DNA of 64,000 bases from a virus (Duplodnaviria > Caudoviricetes). The notes beneath the pieces were generated by a model, which saw only the letters and a list, made by a program, of their open reading frames with translations, had not been told where the DNA came from and made no database searches. Positions 1 to 11,321 of this stretch are shown one piece after another. Location of the stretch: the IMG/VR virus record IMGVR_UViG_3300020045_015293, positions 1-64,000 of that record, one strand, 5' to 3'. Position numbers and translations under genes: made by a program. The number at the start of each line of letters is the position of its first letter. Within the stretch, counting starts at the first letter, position 1.

Positions 1-121
1 ACGTTTAGATAAAATTAATTATACTTTAAATTCTGCTGAAATTAATATTGGAGATTTAATAAAAATTATTGAAGAACAAAAATATACTATATCTGCATCT
101 GGGGCATTATTTAGAACTGAT
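1..121 (+). repeat. Exact copy of 2377-2497 (inside polB), fused to an inverted copy (118-182) of 333-397; likely chimeric contig end
   Basis: Direct comparison; TGAT microhomology at the junction. Confidence 0.85.
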
Positions 122-367
122 TTTTCTTTATATTCTGTAAATGTCATTTTATTTTATATTTTTTATTTTTAATATTTTTATTATTAGAGTATCTCATGAA
201 TTAACACCTGAATTAGTCGATAATATTAGAAATAGAGTTTCTTCACAACTTAATGATTATCATGTTTTAGTTGTAGTTAAAGAAATGGAAAGGGGAGAAG
301 TTGAATTTGAATGTTATAATTCTCCTAAAGGAAATAAAAATATTAAAAATAAAAAATATAAAATAAA

Positions 368-697
368 ATGACATTTACAGAATATAAAGAAAAATCAATA
401 CATACAAAAATATACCCACAAGGTGAATTAGCTATACCATATGTTGTATTAGGATTAATGGGTGAAGCTGGTGAAGTTGCTGAAAAGGTTAAAAAAGTAT
501 TAAGAGATAATAAAGGAAATTTTACCGAAGAAATAAAACAAAGTTTAGGAAAAGAAATGGGTGATGTGCTTTGGTATCTTGCATGTTTATGCGATGAATT
601 AGGATTAAATTTTGATGATGTTGCTCAAGATAATATTGATAAATTAGCAAAAAGAGCACAAGAAGGAAAATTGTCGGGGAGTGGGGATAACAGGTAA
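368..697 (+). CDS. MazG-like NTP pyrophosphohydrolase
   Basis: GEAGEVAEKVKK and EMGDVLWY motifs. Confidence 0.85.
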   Translation: MTFTEYKEKSIHTKIYPQGELAIPYVVLGLMGEAGEVAEKVKKVLRDNKGNFTEEIKQSLGKEMGDVLWYLACLCDELGLNFDDVAQDNIDKLAKRAQEGKLSGSGDNR

Positions 698-1087
698 AAA
701 TAGAAAGGAAATAGAAAAATCTATTGATATTTTACTTGAAAGTTATTATTCTCATGAAAGTGCTATAAACATTATGAAAAATTGTAGTAAGAAAGAAAGA
801 ATAAAATTAGAAAATGCATGGGGAGATATACCTTTTCATGAACAATGTAACAAAGAATATAAATATGTTATTAATACATTAATTAAATTATGAAATTTAA
901 AGATAATATTAAAATTGAGACTGATGATTTTTGGTATGATTTAATTGAAGGTGGATATATTAAGTTTGAAGAAATGTTAAAAAATGAAAAAGATATAAAG
1001 GATATGAAAGAAGCAATTGCTACATTATTGGATTTTAAAGAAACTGCAGAAAGAAAGGAAATAATAAATTATTCATAAATTTTAAAA

Positions 1088-3682
1088 ATGTACCAATCAG
1101 TATATTTCGATTATAAAGAACAACAATATTATTTGAGAGATGATGTTGAAAATTGGATAATTTTTAAACACCAACCAACTTACTTCAAAAGAGTCAAATT
1201 AAAACAAAATAATGCTTTACCAGTGCTAACTGGTGGATGGGCCATACCTACTAAGCGCTTTGATAAAGAAGATCCTAATTTATTAGAAAAAGATATAAAT
1301 AAGGAATTAGTAATTTTACGTGATTTATATCATGATGAAGGAGATAATATTCCTAAATGGCATAATATAGTTTATTTAGATATAGAAACTGAAATGGGGG
1401 GAGCAATTACTCCACAATATTTACAAGATGCCCCCGTACCTGTTACTGCTATTGCTTTAATTGATTCTACTACAAAACAAAAAATATGTTTTATTCTTGA
1501 TAAATCTGGTGAAATAACAGAAACTACTGAGAAAGAAAAACATATTATTCCATGCAAAACTGAAAAAGAATTATTTCTAAAATTTTTAGATAAATGGGAA
1601 GAACTGGATGCTACTATTGTAGCTACCTGGAATGGTGAGTATTTTGATATTCCTTATTTATATTATAGAATGTGTAAAATAATAGGAATGACTGAAGTAC
1701 TTAGATTATCTCCTATTAAAAAAATAAATATTATTGATTATAATCCAAATGAAATACTTATTAGAATTGGAGGTATTAATCATTTAGATTATATGATTTT
1801 ATTTAAAAAATATGAACAAAAACAAGAACCTTCATATAAATTAAAAGACATTGGTCCTAAATATGCTGGATTAGAAAAAATAGAATTTGAAGGTAATTTA
1901 AACCAATTATTCAAAGCTAATAAAGAAATATTTATTGAATATAATTTAAGAGATGTTGAAATATTAGATGCTTTAGAAGAAAAATTAAAATATATCAATT
2001 TAACAATAATGATGTGTCATATTTGTTCAATTCCATATGAACAAGTATATTATAATACAGTATTAAATGAAGGTGCTATTTTAAAATATTTAAAGAAAAA
2101 TGGAATAGTTGCTCCAAATAAACCTACTACACAAAATATATCAAGAAAAATAAAAGAAGAAACATATGCTGGAGGTTATATAAAAACCCCAAATCCAGGT
2201 TTATATTTTGATTGTATTGATTTAGATTTTACTTCATTATATCCTTCAATTATTAAATCACTTAATTTAGGCATTGAAACATTAGTAGGAAGAATTAAAG
2301 TGAATTCTACATATGAACAAAATTATTCATTAGAAAAATTAAAAGAAAGAGATGAAAAAGAAATAATTACTATAGAACGTTTAGATAAAATTAATTATAC
2401 TTTAAATTCTGCTGAAATTAATATTGGAGATTTAATAAAAATTATTGAAGAACAAAAATATACTATATCTGCATCTGGGGCATTATTTAGAACTGATGTT
2501 CGTTCAGTATGTGCTCAAATATTAGAAGAATGGTTTGAAAAAAGAGAGGATTATAGAGATAAAAAGAAAAAAGCAGGTAAAGCAAAAGAATGGGAAAAAT
2601 ATAAATCATATGATACATTTCAATATGCTTTTAAAATTCTACAAAATGCTATGTATGGAACATATGCTAAAAATGGATGGAGATTTACCGATGGATTTTT
2701 AATTTGTAGTTGTGCTATAACAAATAGTGGTCAAAGACTTACACAAGAATCAATAAAATTTGTTAATAACAAATTAAATAAAGAAATAAAACAAGAAAAA
2801 GATCATATTTTAATTTCAGATACAGATAGTTTATATATTGAATTAGGAGATATATTAAAACATAGATATAAAAATTTAGATAATAAAGATCAAAAAATAT
2901 TAGAAATAGCTCATGAAATTCAAGATGATTCTAATAAATATTTAAATGAATTATCTAAAAATTTATTTAATGTAAATGGTAAACATTTTTTTACATTAAA
3001 ACAAGAAATAATAGCATCATCAATTTTAGTTACAGGTAAACGTAGATATGGAATGTTTATTACTAATAAAGAAGGTGTAAGTATCCCACCAGATAGTGAA
3101 GATGCATTAGATTTAAAAGGATTAGAAGTAATGAAATCTAATATGAATCGTTTATTTAAAAGTTTTGGTGAAAATTTTATTAAAAATATATTATTTGGTA
3201 AACCCAAAGAAGAATTAGATACTTCTATTTTAACATTTTATAAATCATTAAGTACAATAGATCCTAAAAAATTAGGTAAACCTATTGGAATATCTTTTAT
3301 AACAAAATGTATTAAACGACCACCTACACTTGGTGAAATATTTTCTGAATTAAATATTAATACTAAAGAACATTCTAAAGCTGCAATATATTATAATGAT
3401 TTATTAAAATTTAAAAAATGGGATAAAAAATATGAATCAATAATTGAAGGTGATAAAATATATGTAATTAATTTAAAACCTAATCCATATAATATTGATG
3501 CTATTGCTATTCCAAATAATACAATACCCCCTGATATAGATGAATTTATTAAAGAATATATTGATATTGAACAAATATTTGAATCATCAATTCTAAAAAA
3601 ATTACGTGAATTATATAAAGATTTAAAATGGGATTTTCCTTCATTAAATCCTAAAGTTCACCGTTTCTTTAAATTTGTTTAA
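1088..3682 (+). CDS. polB: Family B DNA polymerase (T4 gp43-like)
   Basis: Exonuclease DIET motif, DFTSLYPS, KILQNAMYG, SDTDS. Confidence 0.96.
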   Translation: MYQSVYFDYKEQQYYLRDDVENWIIFKHQPTYFKRVKLKQNNALPVLTGGWAIPTKRFDKEDPNLLEKDINKELVILRDLYHDEGDNIPKWHNIVYLDIETEMGGAITPQYLQDAPVPVTAIALIDSTTKQKICFILDKSGEITETTEKEKHIIPCKTEKELFLKFLDKWEELDATIVATWNGEYFDIPYLYYRMCKIIGMTEVLRLSPIKKINIIDYNPNEILIRIGGINHLDYMILFKKYEQKQEPSYKLKDIGPKYAGLEKIEFEGNLNQLFKANKEIFIEYNLRDVEILDALEEKLKYINLTIMMCHICSIPYEQVYYNTVLNEGAILKYLKKNGIVAPNKPTTQNISRKIKEETYAGGYIKTPNPGLYFDCIDLDFTSLYPSIIKSLNLGIETLVGRIKVNSTYEQNYSLEKLKERDEKEIITIERLDKINYTLNSAEINIGDLIKIIEEQKYTISASGALFRTDVRSVCAQILEEWFEKREDYRDKKKKAGKAKEWEKYKSYDTFQYAFKILQNAMYGTYAKNGWRFTDGFLICSCAITNSGQRLTQESIKFVNNKLNKEIKQEKDHILISDTDSLYIELGDILKHRYKNLDNKDQKILEIAHEIQDDSNKYLNELSKNLFNVNGKHFFTLKQEIIASSILVTGKRRYGMFITNKEGVSIPPDSEDALDLKGLEVMKSNMNRLFKSFGENFIKNILFGKPKEELDTSILTFYKSLSTIDPKKLGKPIGISFITKCIKRPPTLGEIFSELNINTKEHSKAAIYYNDLLKFKKWDKKYESIIEGDKIYVINLKPNPYNIDAIAIPNNTIPPDIDEFIKEYIDIEQIFESSILKKLRELYKDLKWDFPSLNPKVHRFFKFV

Positions 3683-3711
3683 CCAAAGTTTTTTACTTAA
3701 ATTCAAAGGTT

Positions 3712-4077
3712 ATGAAAATAATATCACCAACATATTTTAGAGATAGTTACATTCAAAAAATAATTGATAATTTTGAATGGGATAAAATTCATGAAGTTAT
3801 GAAATTTTTGAATTGGACGTGGGCTGGATATAATGGAGTTCCATCTATTGAAGAAATGAAAAAAGATGCAATTATGTATTTAAAAGAAGCATATAATACT
3901 TGTTTATCTCGAAAATATAAAAATGGATATAGTGTAGGAAGTGGAGGACTTATTGCTGAAAGTTTTTATGATGATAAATTAAACAAAATTACGTATTTAG
4001 AATTAAGATTTGTTTTAGATAGTTGGTTTATTGATGAAGATTCAATGGATTTAATTGATAAAAAAGAATATAATTAA
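3712..4077 (+). CDS. Hypothetical protein, paralog of 48707-49042
   Basis: Shared IIDNFxWxxIHxVMxFLxW and GG(L/F)xA motifs. Confidence 0.7.
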   Translation: MKIISPTYFRDSYIQKIIDNFEWDKIHEVMKFLNWTWAGYNGVPSIEEMKKDAIMYLKEAYNTCLSRKYKNGYSVGSGGLIAESFYDDKLNKITYLELRFVLDSWFIDEDSMDLIDKKEYN

Positions 4078-4281
4078 TGAAAATATTATCTAAAATAAGA
4101 AAAGAATATAAAGATTTTTTGGATTATGTTCGTGATGAATGGGAATATGGACATTTAAATGAACTTGAATTTAATGATAAATTTATTATTAAAGAATATG
4201 CACCTTTAGGTGAGGGTCATTATAGAGCATTAACATTTGAAGAATGGTTACCAAGAAGAACAGAAATAAAGCAAATAATAT

Positions 4282-5001
4282 ATGGATAAATTACATATAG
4301 TTTCAATATTTGAAAAATATTACTTAAATGGTTTAATTGAAAGAGCTAGAGTTAATGTTAAAGACAATAACATTGAAATTAAATTTATTAATGATAATAA
4401 AAATTTAACAGGTGTTATTAATGCTGATAATTTTGAATTTAAAAATGGAGAAATAGGTATTTATGATACTACACAATTTCTTAAATTAATATCTATTTTA
4501 AATCAATATATGGTTATTTCATCAGATGAAAAAAATGGAATTTCACAAAAATTATTAATAGCAGATGATGAATATAATTTAGAATATCCTTTAGCTAACA
4601 TAACTATTATTCCTAAAGCTCCAATTGTAGAAGAACCATTGTATGAAATAGAGTTTAGTATTAATAATGAATTTATTACTAAATTTTTAAAAGCATATAA
4701 AGTATTAAAAGTTGAAACACTAATGATTGATACGTATTTAGATGAAGGAGTTGGAAAAATAAGATTTACAATAGGTGAAAATACAACTTTTTCAAATAAA
4801 ATTGATTTTTCAATAATTGCAGAAATTGGAATACCAATGGGACCAATATTATTTCCAATCGCTGAATTTGCAGCCATATTAGATAATAATAAAGATTTAG
4901 AAACATCTAAATGTTATATAAGTGAGCAAGGATTATTAAAATTAGAATTTGAAACAAAGGAAAAGATAAAATCAACTTATATTTTAATTGGTAAAGAATG
5001 A
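4282..5001 (+). CDS. Sliding clamp (gp45-like)
   Basis: 239 aa, two-domain beta-rich pattern, between polB and clamp loader. Confidence 0.65.
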   Translation: MDKLHIVSIFEKYYLNGLIERARVNVKDNNIEIKFINDNKNLTGVINADNFEFKNGEIGIYDTTQFLKLISILNQYMVISSDEKNGISQKLLIADDEYNLEYPLANITIIPKAPIVEEPLYEIEFSINNEFITKFLKAYKVLKVETLMIDTYLDEGVGKIRFTIGENTTFSNKIDFSIIAEIGIPMGPILFPIAEFAAILDNNKDLETSKCYISEQGLLKLEFETKEKIKSTYILIGKE

Positions 5002-5299
5002 GATTATTAAGTGCGAGTAAATATGGTAAAGGAATTGTATTATTTGATAAAAGTAGTTTGGATTTTTTTCAACAAAATGAAAGATTAAAAATATGGAATG
5101 ATAATTTTATAGTAATAAATAAAAAGGCATTAAATCATAATAAAATTTCTTACTTATGTTTATCTAAACATTTTGATAAAAAACTTGAACATGGTTTTTT
5201 AATACCTATTTATGAAGTATGGTATAGATCTAGTCATGGTTCTGTTAGATTATTAGAAGTAAGAAAACAAGAAACACCATTAAATCAAAAAGATTATAT

Positions 5300-5590
5300 A
5301 TGAAAATAAAACCAAAATTTAACAACGTATTAATAAAAATATTACCTGAAGAAGAACAAAATCATGGTAATATAATTATTCCTGACTTAGGAAAAGATAA
5401 AAGCAGAAAAGGAGAGGTAATAGCTGTAGGACCTGGATTTTATACAATGACTGGTGCTTTAATACCAGTAGAAACAAAAGTTGGAGAAATTGTAATATTA
5501 CCTAAATTTGGTTCATCCATATTAACTATGGGTGGAATAGATTATGAATTAATTAAAGAAAACGATTTATTAGCAGAAATAGAAAAATAA
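5300..5590 (+). CDS. groES: Co-chaperonin GroES
   Basis: GNIIIPD, GEVIAVGPG, VGEIVILPKF; directly upstream of groEL. Confidence 0.93.
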   Translation: MKIKPKFNNVLIKILPEEEQNHGNIIIPDLGKDKSRKGEVIAVGPGFYTMTGALIPVETKVGEIVILPKFGSSILTMGGIDYELIKENDLLAEIEK

Positions 5591-5593
5591 AAT

Positions 5594-7234
5594 ATGAATA
5601 AACAAATAATATTTAATCAAGAAGCAAAAGACAAATTATTAATTGGAATTGAAAAATTATCAAAAGCAGTATGTTGTACATTAGGTCCATCTGGAAGAAA
5701 TGTAATAATAGAAAAAGAACATGGTCAAATATCTTCAACTAAAGATGGAGTAACAGTTGCAAAATCTATATTTTTATCTGATGTAATTGAAAATATGGGG
5801 GCACAGATGGTAAAACAAGCTGCTATTAAAACAGGAGAAATTGCAGGTGATGGTACAACCACTGCAACTTTATTAGCATATGAATTAATAATAAATGGTG
5901 TTAAGTCTATTAAAGCAGGTAGTAATGCTGTTGAAGTTAGAAAAGGAATGGATAAAGCATGTAAATTAGTTATAGAAGAATTGAAGAAAATTTCCAAACC
6001 TATAAATGATGAAAAACAAATAAAACAAGTAGCTACAATATCTGCAAATAATGATGAAGAAATAGGTAATTTAGTTGCTACAGCTATGGAAAAAGTTGGT
6101 AGAGATGGTATAGTATCTGTAGAAGAAAGTAGAACAGGAGAAACATATCTTGAATCAGTAGAAGGAATGCAATTTACAAGAGGTTATAAATCACCTCATT
6201 TTGTTACTAATCAAAATAATATGCAAACTGTTTTAACAGATGTTTCGGTATTAATATATGATAAAAAAATAACTCAAGCAAAAGATTTATTAGCAATTTT
6301 AAATCATATATCATCTAATAGTAAATCTTTATTAATTATTGCTGAAGATATAGAAGGTGAAGCTTTAGCAACCTTAATTGTAAATAAAATTAGAGGAACA
6401 ATAAAAGTTGTTGCTGTTAAAGCACCTGATTTTGGTGATAGACGTAATCAAATATTAGAAGATATTGCAATATTAACAGGAGCACAAGTAGTATCATCTG
6501 AAAAAGGAATGAAATTAGAAACTCCTAGTACTGATTGGTTAGGACAGGCTAGAGTAGTAACAGTTACTAAAGATGATACTACCATTGTAGATGGTAAGGG
6601 TAATGAAGAAAAATTAAAAGAAAGAGTGTTGGCTCTAAAAGAACAAATAGATGCTTCGGATTCTGATTTTGAAATAGAACGTTTGCAAGATAGATTAGCT
6701 AAATTAATTGGTGGTGTTGCTATTATTAATGTAGGAGGAGCAAATGAAATTGATATTAAAGAAAAGAAAGATCGTGTTGACGATGCATTACAATCAACAA
6801 AAGCTTCATTAGAACAAGGTATTTTACCTGGAGGTGGTATAGCATTGTTACGTGCTTCTGCAGTATTAGGAAATAAAAAATTTCTTAATTCTCTTAATGA
6901 AGATGAAAATTTAGGAGTTGATTTAGTCTATGAATCATTAAATAAACCTTTTTATCAAATTTTAAAAAATGCTGGTTATAGTGAAGATAATATATATAAT
7001 TTATATTATAAAATATTAAGTAAAAAAGATGTATGGGTAGGTTTTAATCCTAAAATAGGAAAAATTGTAAATATGTTTGATGATGGAATTTTAGATCCTA
7101 CTAAAGTAACTAGAACAGCACTAGAAAATGCAGTTTCTGTTGCAGGTACAATGTTAATAACTGAAGCTGTAATTGGAAAAGAAAAAGAAGATAAAAAAGA
7201 TGAAGAACCTGATTATTCAAATTTTGGAATGTAA
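5594..7234 (+). CDS. groEL: Chaperonin GroEL
   Basis: TLGPSGRNV, TKDGVTVA, AGDGTTTAT, KAPDFGDRR. Confidence 0.97.
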   Translation: MNKQIIFNQEAKDKLLIGIEKLSKAVCCTLGPSGRNVIIEKEHGQISSTKDGVTVAKSIFLSDVIENMGAQMVKQAAIKTGEIAGDGTTTATLLAYELIINGVKSIKAGSNAVEVRKGMDKACKLVIEELKKISKPINDEKQIKQVATISANNDEEIGNLVATAMEKVGRDGIVSVEESRTGETYLESVEGMQFTRGYKSPHFVTNQNNMQTVLTDVSVLIYDKKITQAKDLLAILNHISSNSKSLLIIAEDIEGEALATLIVNKIRGTIKVVAVKAPDFGDRRNQILEDIAILTGAQVVSSEKGMKLETPSTDWLGQARVVTVTKDDTTIVDGKGNEEKLKERVLALKEQIDASDSDFEIERLQDRLAKLIGGVAIINVGGANEIDIKEKKDRVDDALQSTKASLEQGILPGGGIALLRASAVLGNKKFLNSLNEDENLGVDLVYESLNKPFYQILKNAGYSEDNIYNLYYKILSKKDVWVGFNPKIGKIVNMFDDGILDPTKVTRTALENAVSVAGTMLITEAVIGKEKEDKKDEEPDYSNFGM

Positions 7235-8175
7235 TGAAAAATAAAACACATTATCTTTGGAAAGAAAAATATCGTAGTGAAACATTAGAAAATTATATTT
7301 GTGGAAATGAATTAAGAATAAAGATACAGGGATGGATTGATAAACAAGATTTTCCTCATTTATTGCTACATGGTTCAACAGGTACAGGTAAAACAACTTT
7401 AGCTAAATTATTAGTTAAAAATATTAATTGTGAATATCTTTATATTAATGCTACTGATGAAAGATCAATGGATACAATGCGTGATAAAGTAAAAGCATTT
7501 GCTTCTACTATGTCATTTAAACCAATTAAAGTAATAATATTAGATGAAGCTGATTTTATTAGAGTTGATAGTCAGGCATTGCTTCGTAATATGATTGAAG
7601 AATTTTCATTAACAACTCGTTTTATTTTAACAGGTAATTATGTTGATAGATTTATTGATCCTTTACAAAGTAGATTACATAAAATAAAACTTGAACCTCC
7701 TTCACGTAAAGATGTAGCATTATGGGTTAATAATATATTGGAAAAAGAAGAAATAAAATTTTCTTTGGAATCCATTGTTTTTTACGTAAATTTGTATTAT
7801 CCTGATGTACGTAAAATAATTGATGAAGTTCAACACAACAGTGGAACCGGAGAATTAGTTACGAATGAAAAGGCTTTAATTGAATCCAATTATATGTTTC
7901 AAGTTTTAGAAGCATTAGAAAAGTTTCTAAAAAAACCAGATGGAGGACAAACATTTTCAAAAATAAGACAAATTATTGCTGATTCAGGTCATAAATCATT
8001 TGATGAATTATATAGATTTTTATATGATAATTTATTTAAAAAAGATGCAAGTTATCAAGAAGAAATTATTATTATTCTAGCTGAAATGGAATATCAATCT
8101 TCATTTTGTTTAGATAAAGAAATAAATATTATGGCTACAATAGCAAAAATATTAAATATATACAATAAAAAATAA
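7234..8175 (+). CDS. Clamp loader AAA+ subunit (gp44/RFC-like)
   Basis: Walker A GSTGTGKTT, ILDEAD, PLQSR. Confidence 0.92.
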   Translation: MKNKTHYLWKEKYRSETLENYICGNELRIKIQGWIDKQDFPHLLLHGSTGTGKTTLAKLLVKNINCEYLYINATDERSMDTMRDKVKAFASTMSFKPIKVIILDEADFIRVDSQALLRNMIEEFSLTTRFILTGNYVDRFIDPLQSRLHKIKLEPPSRKDVALWVNNILEKEEIKFSLESIVFYVNLYYPDVRKIIDEVQHNSGTGELVTNEKALIESNYMFQVLEALEKFLKKPDGGQTFSKIRQIIADSGHKSFDELYRFLYDNLFKKDASYQEEIIIILAEMEYQSSFCLDKEINIMATIAKILNIYNKK

Positions 8176-8180
8176 AGTTT

Positions 8181-8783
8181 ATGATACAATTAGAAAATTG
8201 CGTTAAACGTTTTGGAAAATTAATTCTTGATGAATTAAAAGATATGGAAATAAAAACATGGGTTGCAGGTGGAGCAGTTCGAGATTATTTTCAATCAATT
8301 GAAATAAAATCAGATATTGATTTATATTTTCAAAATCAAAAAGATTTCGATAAATGTAAAACATATTTAATAAAAACTGAAGGAAAAATATACTTTGAAA
8401 ATGAAAAAGTAATTAAAATTGAACGTAATAAATTAAAATTAGATTTAGTAAAAACTTTTTTTGCATCACCTGGTTTTTGTATTGGTGAATTTGATTTTAC
8501 TGTTTGTTGTGCTGCTGTTGATTTTGAAAGAGTTTATTATAATAATACATTTTTTATTGATTTAGCTAAAAAACAATTAATGATTAATAAATTAAATTAT
8601 CCAATTTCAACATTATGGAGATTACAAAAATATAATTGGAAAGGATTTAAAATATGTAAAGGTGAATTAACAAAAATTGTAGAAGCAATTCAAAATACCC
8701 CTAAAATTAATGAATTAATTCCAGTAGATAATATGTTTGATGAATTTCAATCAGATTCAAATTTATTTATGGGGATTGATTAA
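8181..8783 (+). CDS. Pol-beta-fold nucleotidyltransferase (CCA-adding/poly(A) polymerase head-like)
   Basis: VAGGAVRD..SDIDLYF and DFT motifs. Confidence 0.7.
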   Translation: MIQLENCVKRFGKLILDELKDMEIKTWVAGGAVRDYFQSIEIKSDIDLYFQNQKDFDKCKTYLIKTEGKIYFENEKVIKIERNKLKLDLVKTFFASPGFCIGEFDFTVCCAAVDFERVYYNNTFFIDLAKKQLMINKLNYPISTLWRLQKYNWKGFKICKGELTKIVEAIQNTPKINELIPVDNMFDEFQSDSNLFMGID

Positions 8784-9354
8784 AAAATAAAAAAAAATAA
8801 AATATATGTCAATATTAGCAAAATTTAAAGTAAATGGAGTCACAAAAAGAGTAGGATGGGGAACAAATCCTTGGATTTATGATGTTAAAATGAATCCTGT
8901 AACATCAAATTCAGAAGAAAATAAAAAATTTTTTACTGCTACTCCTAGTGGAGAAATAACATTATCCACTATAAATGAAGAGGTTGCCAAAGAAATGGAA
9001 CCAGGAATAGAATTTTATGTAACATTTGAAAAAGCAAATAAATAAAAATATGGAACAACCCAAATTAAACATTGATTTAAAAAATACAACAGCAATTAAA
9101 TCTGAAGAAGGAAATCAAATTTTTCAAGAAGGATTTATATTACGTAAAGCCTCTCGTTTTATTACAGGAGGTACAAAAGATTCAATAATACCTATTCCAA
9201 TATTTTTTGATATTTTAACAGGTAAACCTATAAAAGAAACATTACCTATTGAATTTTGGGAAGAGTTTGGATATATTACAGAATTATCCAAAGAACAATC
9301 AAATGGTAATGTAATTCCATTTGTTAAATCTGAAGATAGAGAAAAAGCTCCTCA

Positions 9355-9765
9355 ATGACTTTATTTGACTGGTTAAAAGAAATAACTGAAAAAAAATCAG
9401 AATGGTCATATTTTTCAGAAGAAGATAAAAAATCATGGAATACATACATGATTTTGAAATTTTTATCAATGAACAAGGATTATATAGAATTTATAGATCA
9501 ATTTCAAAAATATAACACATTAACTCCAGAACATGTATATATTGTTTTGAAAAATGTCATACCTAAAGCAAAAGTATGGCTTAAATTTGTAAAATCTTCA
9601 ACGAAAGAAGCGAATAAAGAGCTCATTAAATTACTTTCTTCTTATTTTGAATGCTCTCGTGAAGAAGCTAAAATAAATTTAGATTTATTGTCTATTGAAC
9701 AGATAAACGATATTTTAATCGATTTAGGTACAGATAAAAAACAAATTAAAGCATTAATGAAATGA
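9355..9765 (+). CDS. Clamp loader small subunit (gp62-like)
   Basis: LFDWLKEIT..WNTYMILKFLSM pattern and operon context. Confidence 0.6.
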   Translation: MTLFDWLKEITEKKSEWSYFSEEDKKSWNTYMILKFLSMNKDYIEFIDQFQKYNTLTPEHVYIVLKNVIPKAKVWLKFVKSSTKEANKELIKLLSSYFECSREEAKINLDLLSIEQINDILIDLGTDKKQIKALMK

Positions 9766-10005
9766 ATATATGCCAAGACCCAATAGTAGAAGCAGTACGT
9801 GAAAAATTAAAACAACGTAGTGATGTTGGAATTAAGAAATATGGAACAACCTTAGAACAAAACAATAAAGACAATTATTTAAATCATATACAGCAAGAAT
9901 TAATGGATGCATGTAATTATTTAGAAAAAGAAATGACAGTAATGAAAAGATTAATAGAACAATTTCCTAATGATGATGATTTAGGTAAAAAAATAAGAGA
10001 AATAT

Positions 10006-10398
10006 ATGGAAATAGCAATTGATTTTGATGGAACTTGTGTAACACATGAATATCCAAAAGTAGGAAAAGATGTTGGATCAATTCCCGTGTTAAAAACTCT
10101 TATAGAAAACGGACATAAATTAATATTGTGGACAATGCGTTCTGATAACAGAGAAAATAATACAAATCCACTGACAGATGCAATTAATTGGTTTATAGAA
10201 AACGATATTGAACTTTATGGAATACAAGAAAATCCTACGCAGAAAGAATGGACAAGTTCACCTAAAGCTTATGCTCAATTGTATATAGATGATGCTGCTT
10301 TAGGATGTCCTTTAATTTATGATAAACATGAACGTCCATATGTTGATTGGGAAAAGGTAGAACAAATTTTAATATATAAAGGATTAATTTTAGAATGA
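10006..10398 (+). CDS. HAD-family phosphatase
   Basis: IAIDFDGT and YIDD motifs. Confidence 0.8.
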   Translation: MEIAIDFDGTCVTHEYPKVGKDVGSIPVLKTLIENGHKLILWTMRSDNRENNTNPLTDAINWFIENDIELYGIQENPTQKEWTSSPKAYAQLYIDDAALGCPLIYDKHERPYVDWEKVEQILIYKGLILE

Positions 10399-11321
10399 AT
10401 TTAAAAGAAATACAGAAAGCGATTAAATTTTCTCCTATACCAGAGGTAAATTTTGCATATCAAAAAGTAGTTTCTTTTTCTCAATTTGCAACATATACTA
10501 AATGTCCTCATTTATGGTATATGCAAAAAATAAAAAAGGTTGTACCTGATGAACCAAATATACATTTTGTATTTGGTACAGCAATGCATAATGCTTTAGA
10601 ACATTATTTTAAAATAATGTATGAACAATCAGGAGTTGCTGCTGATAAAGAAAATATATTAGATATATTTGAAACTAAATTTTCTGAGGAATATAAACAA
10701 AATTATGAAAAATATGGTCAACATTTTTCTTCCCCTAAAGAAATGAATGAGTTTTATGAAGATGGAACAAAAATATTAGTATGGTTAAAAAAACATAGAA
10801 GAGAATATTTTTCAATTAAGAATGTGCATTTATTAGGTATTGAATTACCATTATCTGTAGAAGTAAAGAAAAATGTAATTTTAAATTCATTATTAGATAT
10901 TGTTTTATATGATGAAGATTTAAATAAAATAAAAATTATTGACTTTAAAACATCTACAAGAGGATGGGGCGATAAAGACAAAAAAGATGAATCTAAATAT
11001 CCACAATTAGTATTATATAAAGATTATTTTGCTAAGCAATATAAAATTGATCCTGATGCAATTGATGTTGAATATATAATATTAAAAAGAAAAATTTGGG
11101 AAAATTCAGAATTTCCTCAAAAACGAATACAAGTATTTGAACCATCTTCTGGTAGAAATTCAAGAGCAAAATTTACTAGATCATTTCAAGCATTTTTAGA
11201 TAATTGTTTTGATGAACAAGGTAAAGTTATAGAAAAAGAATATGAAAAAAAACCATCATTACATAATTGTAAATATTGTGTATTAAATCAAACACAACAT
11301 TGTGATAAAGGAATTATATGA
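10395..11321 (+). CDS. PD-(D/E)XK (RecB/Cas4-like) nuclease
   Basis: KCP..GTAMH..D..IIDFKTS..QLVLY..CKYC. Confidence 0.85.
   Translation: MNLKEIQKAIKFSPIPEVNFAYQKVVSFSQFATYTKCPHLWYMQKIKKVVPDEPNIHFVFGTAMHNALEHYFKIMYEQSGVAADKENILDIFETKFSEEYKQNYEKYGQHFSSPKEMNEFYEDGTKILVWLKKHRREYFSIKNVHLLGIELPLSVEVKKNVILNSLLDIVLYDEDLNKIKIIDFKTSTRGWGDKDKKDESKYPQLVLYKDYFAKQYKIDPDAIDVEYIILKRKIWENSEFPQKRIQVFEPSSGRNSRAKFTRSFQAFLDNCFDEQGKVIEKEYEKKPSLHNCKYCVLNQTQHCDKGII

Noticed and set aside
1-182. 121-bp duplicate of polB joined to a 65-bp inverted copy of 333-397
   Set aside because: Exact copies joined at a 4-bp microhomology at the window edge fit an amplification or assembly chimera; the N terminus of ORF 141-371 is therefore unreliable
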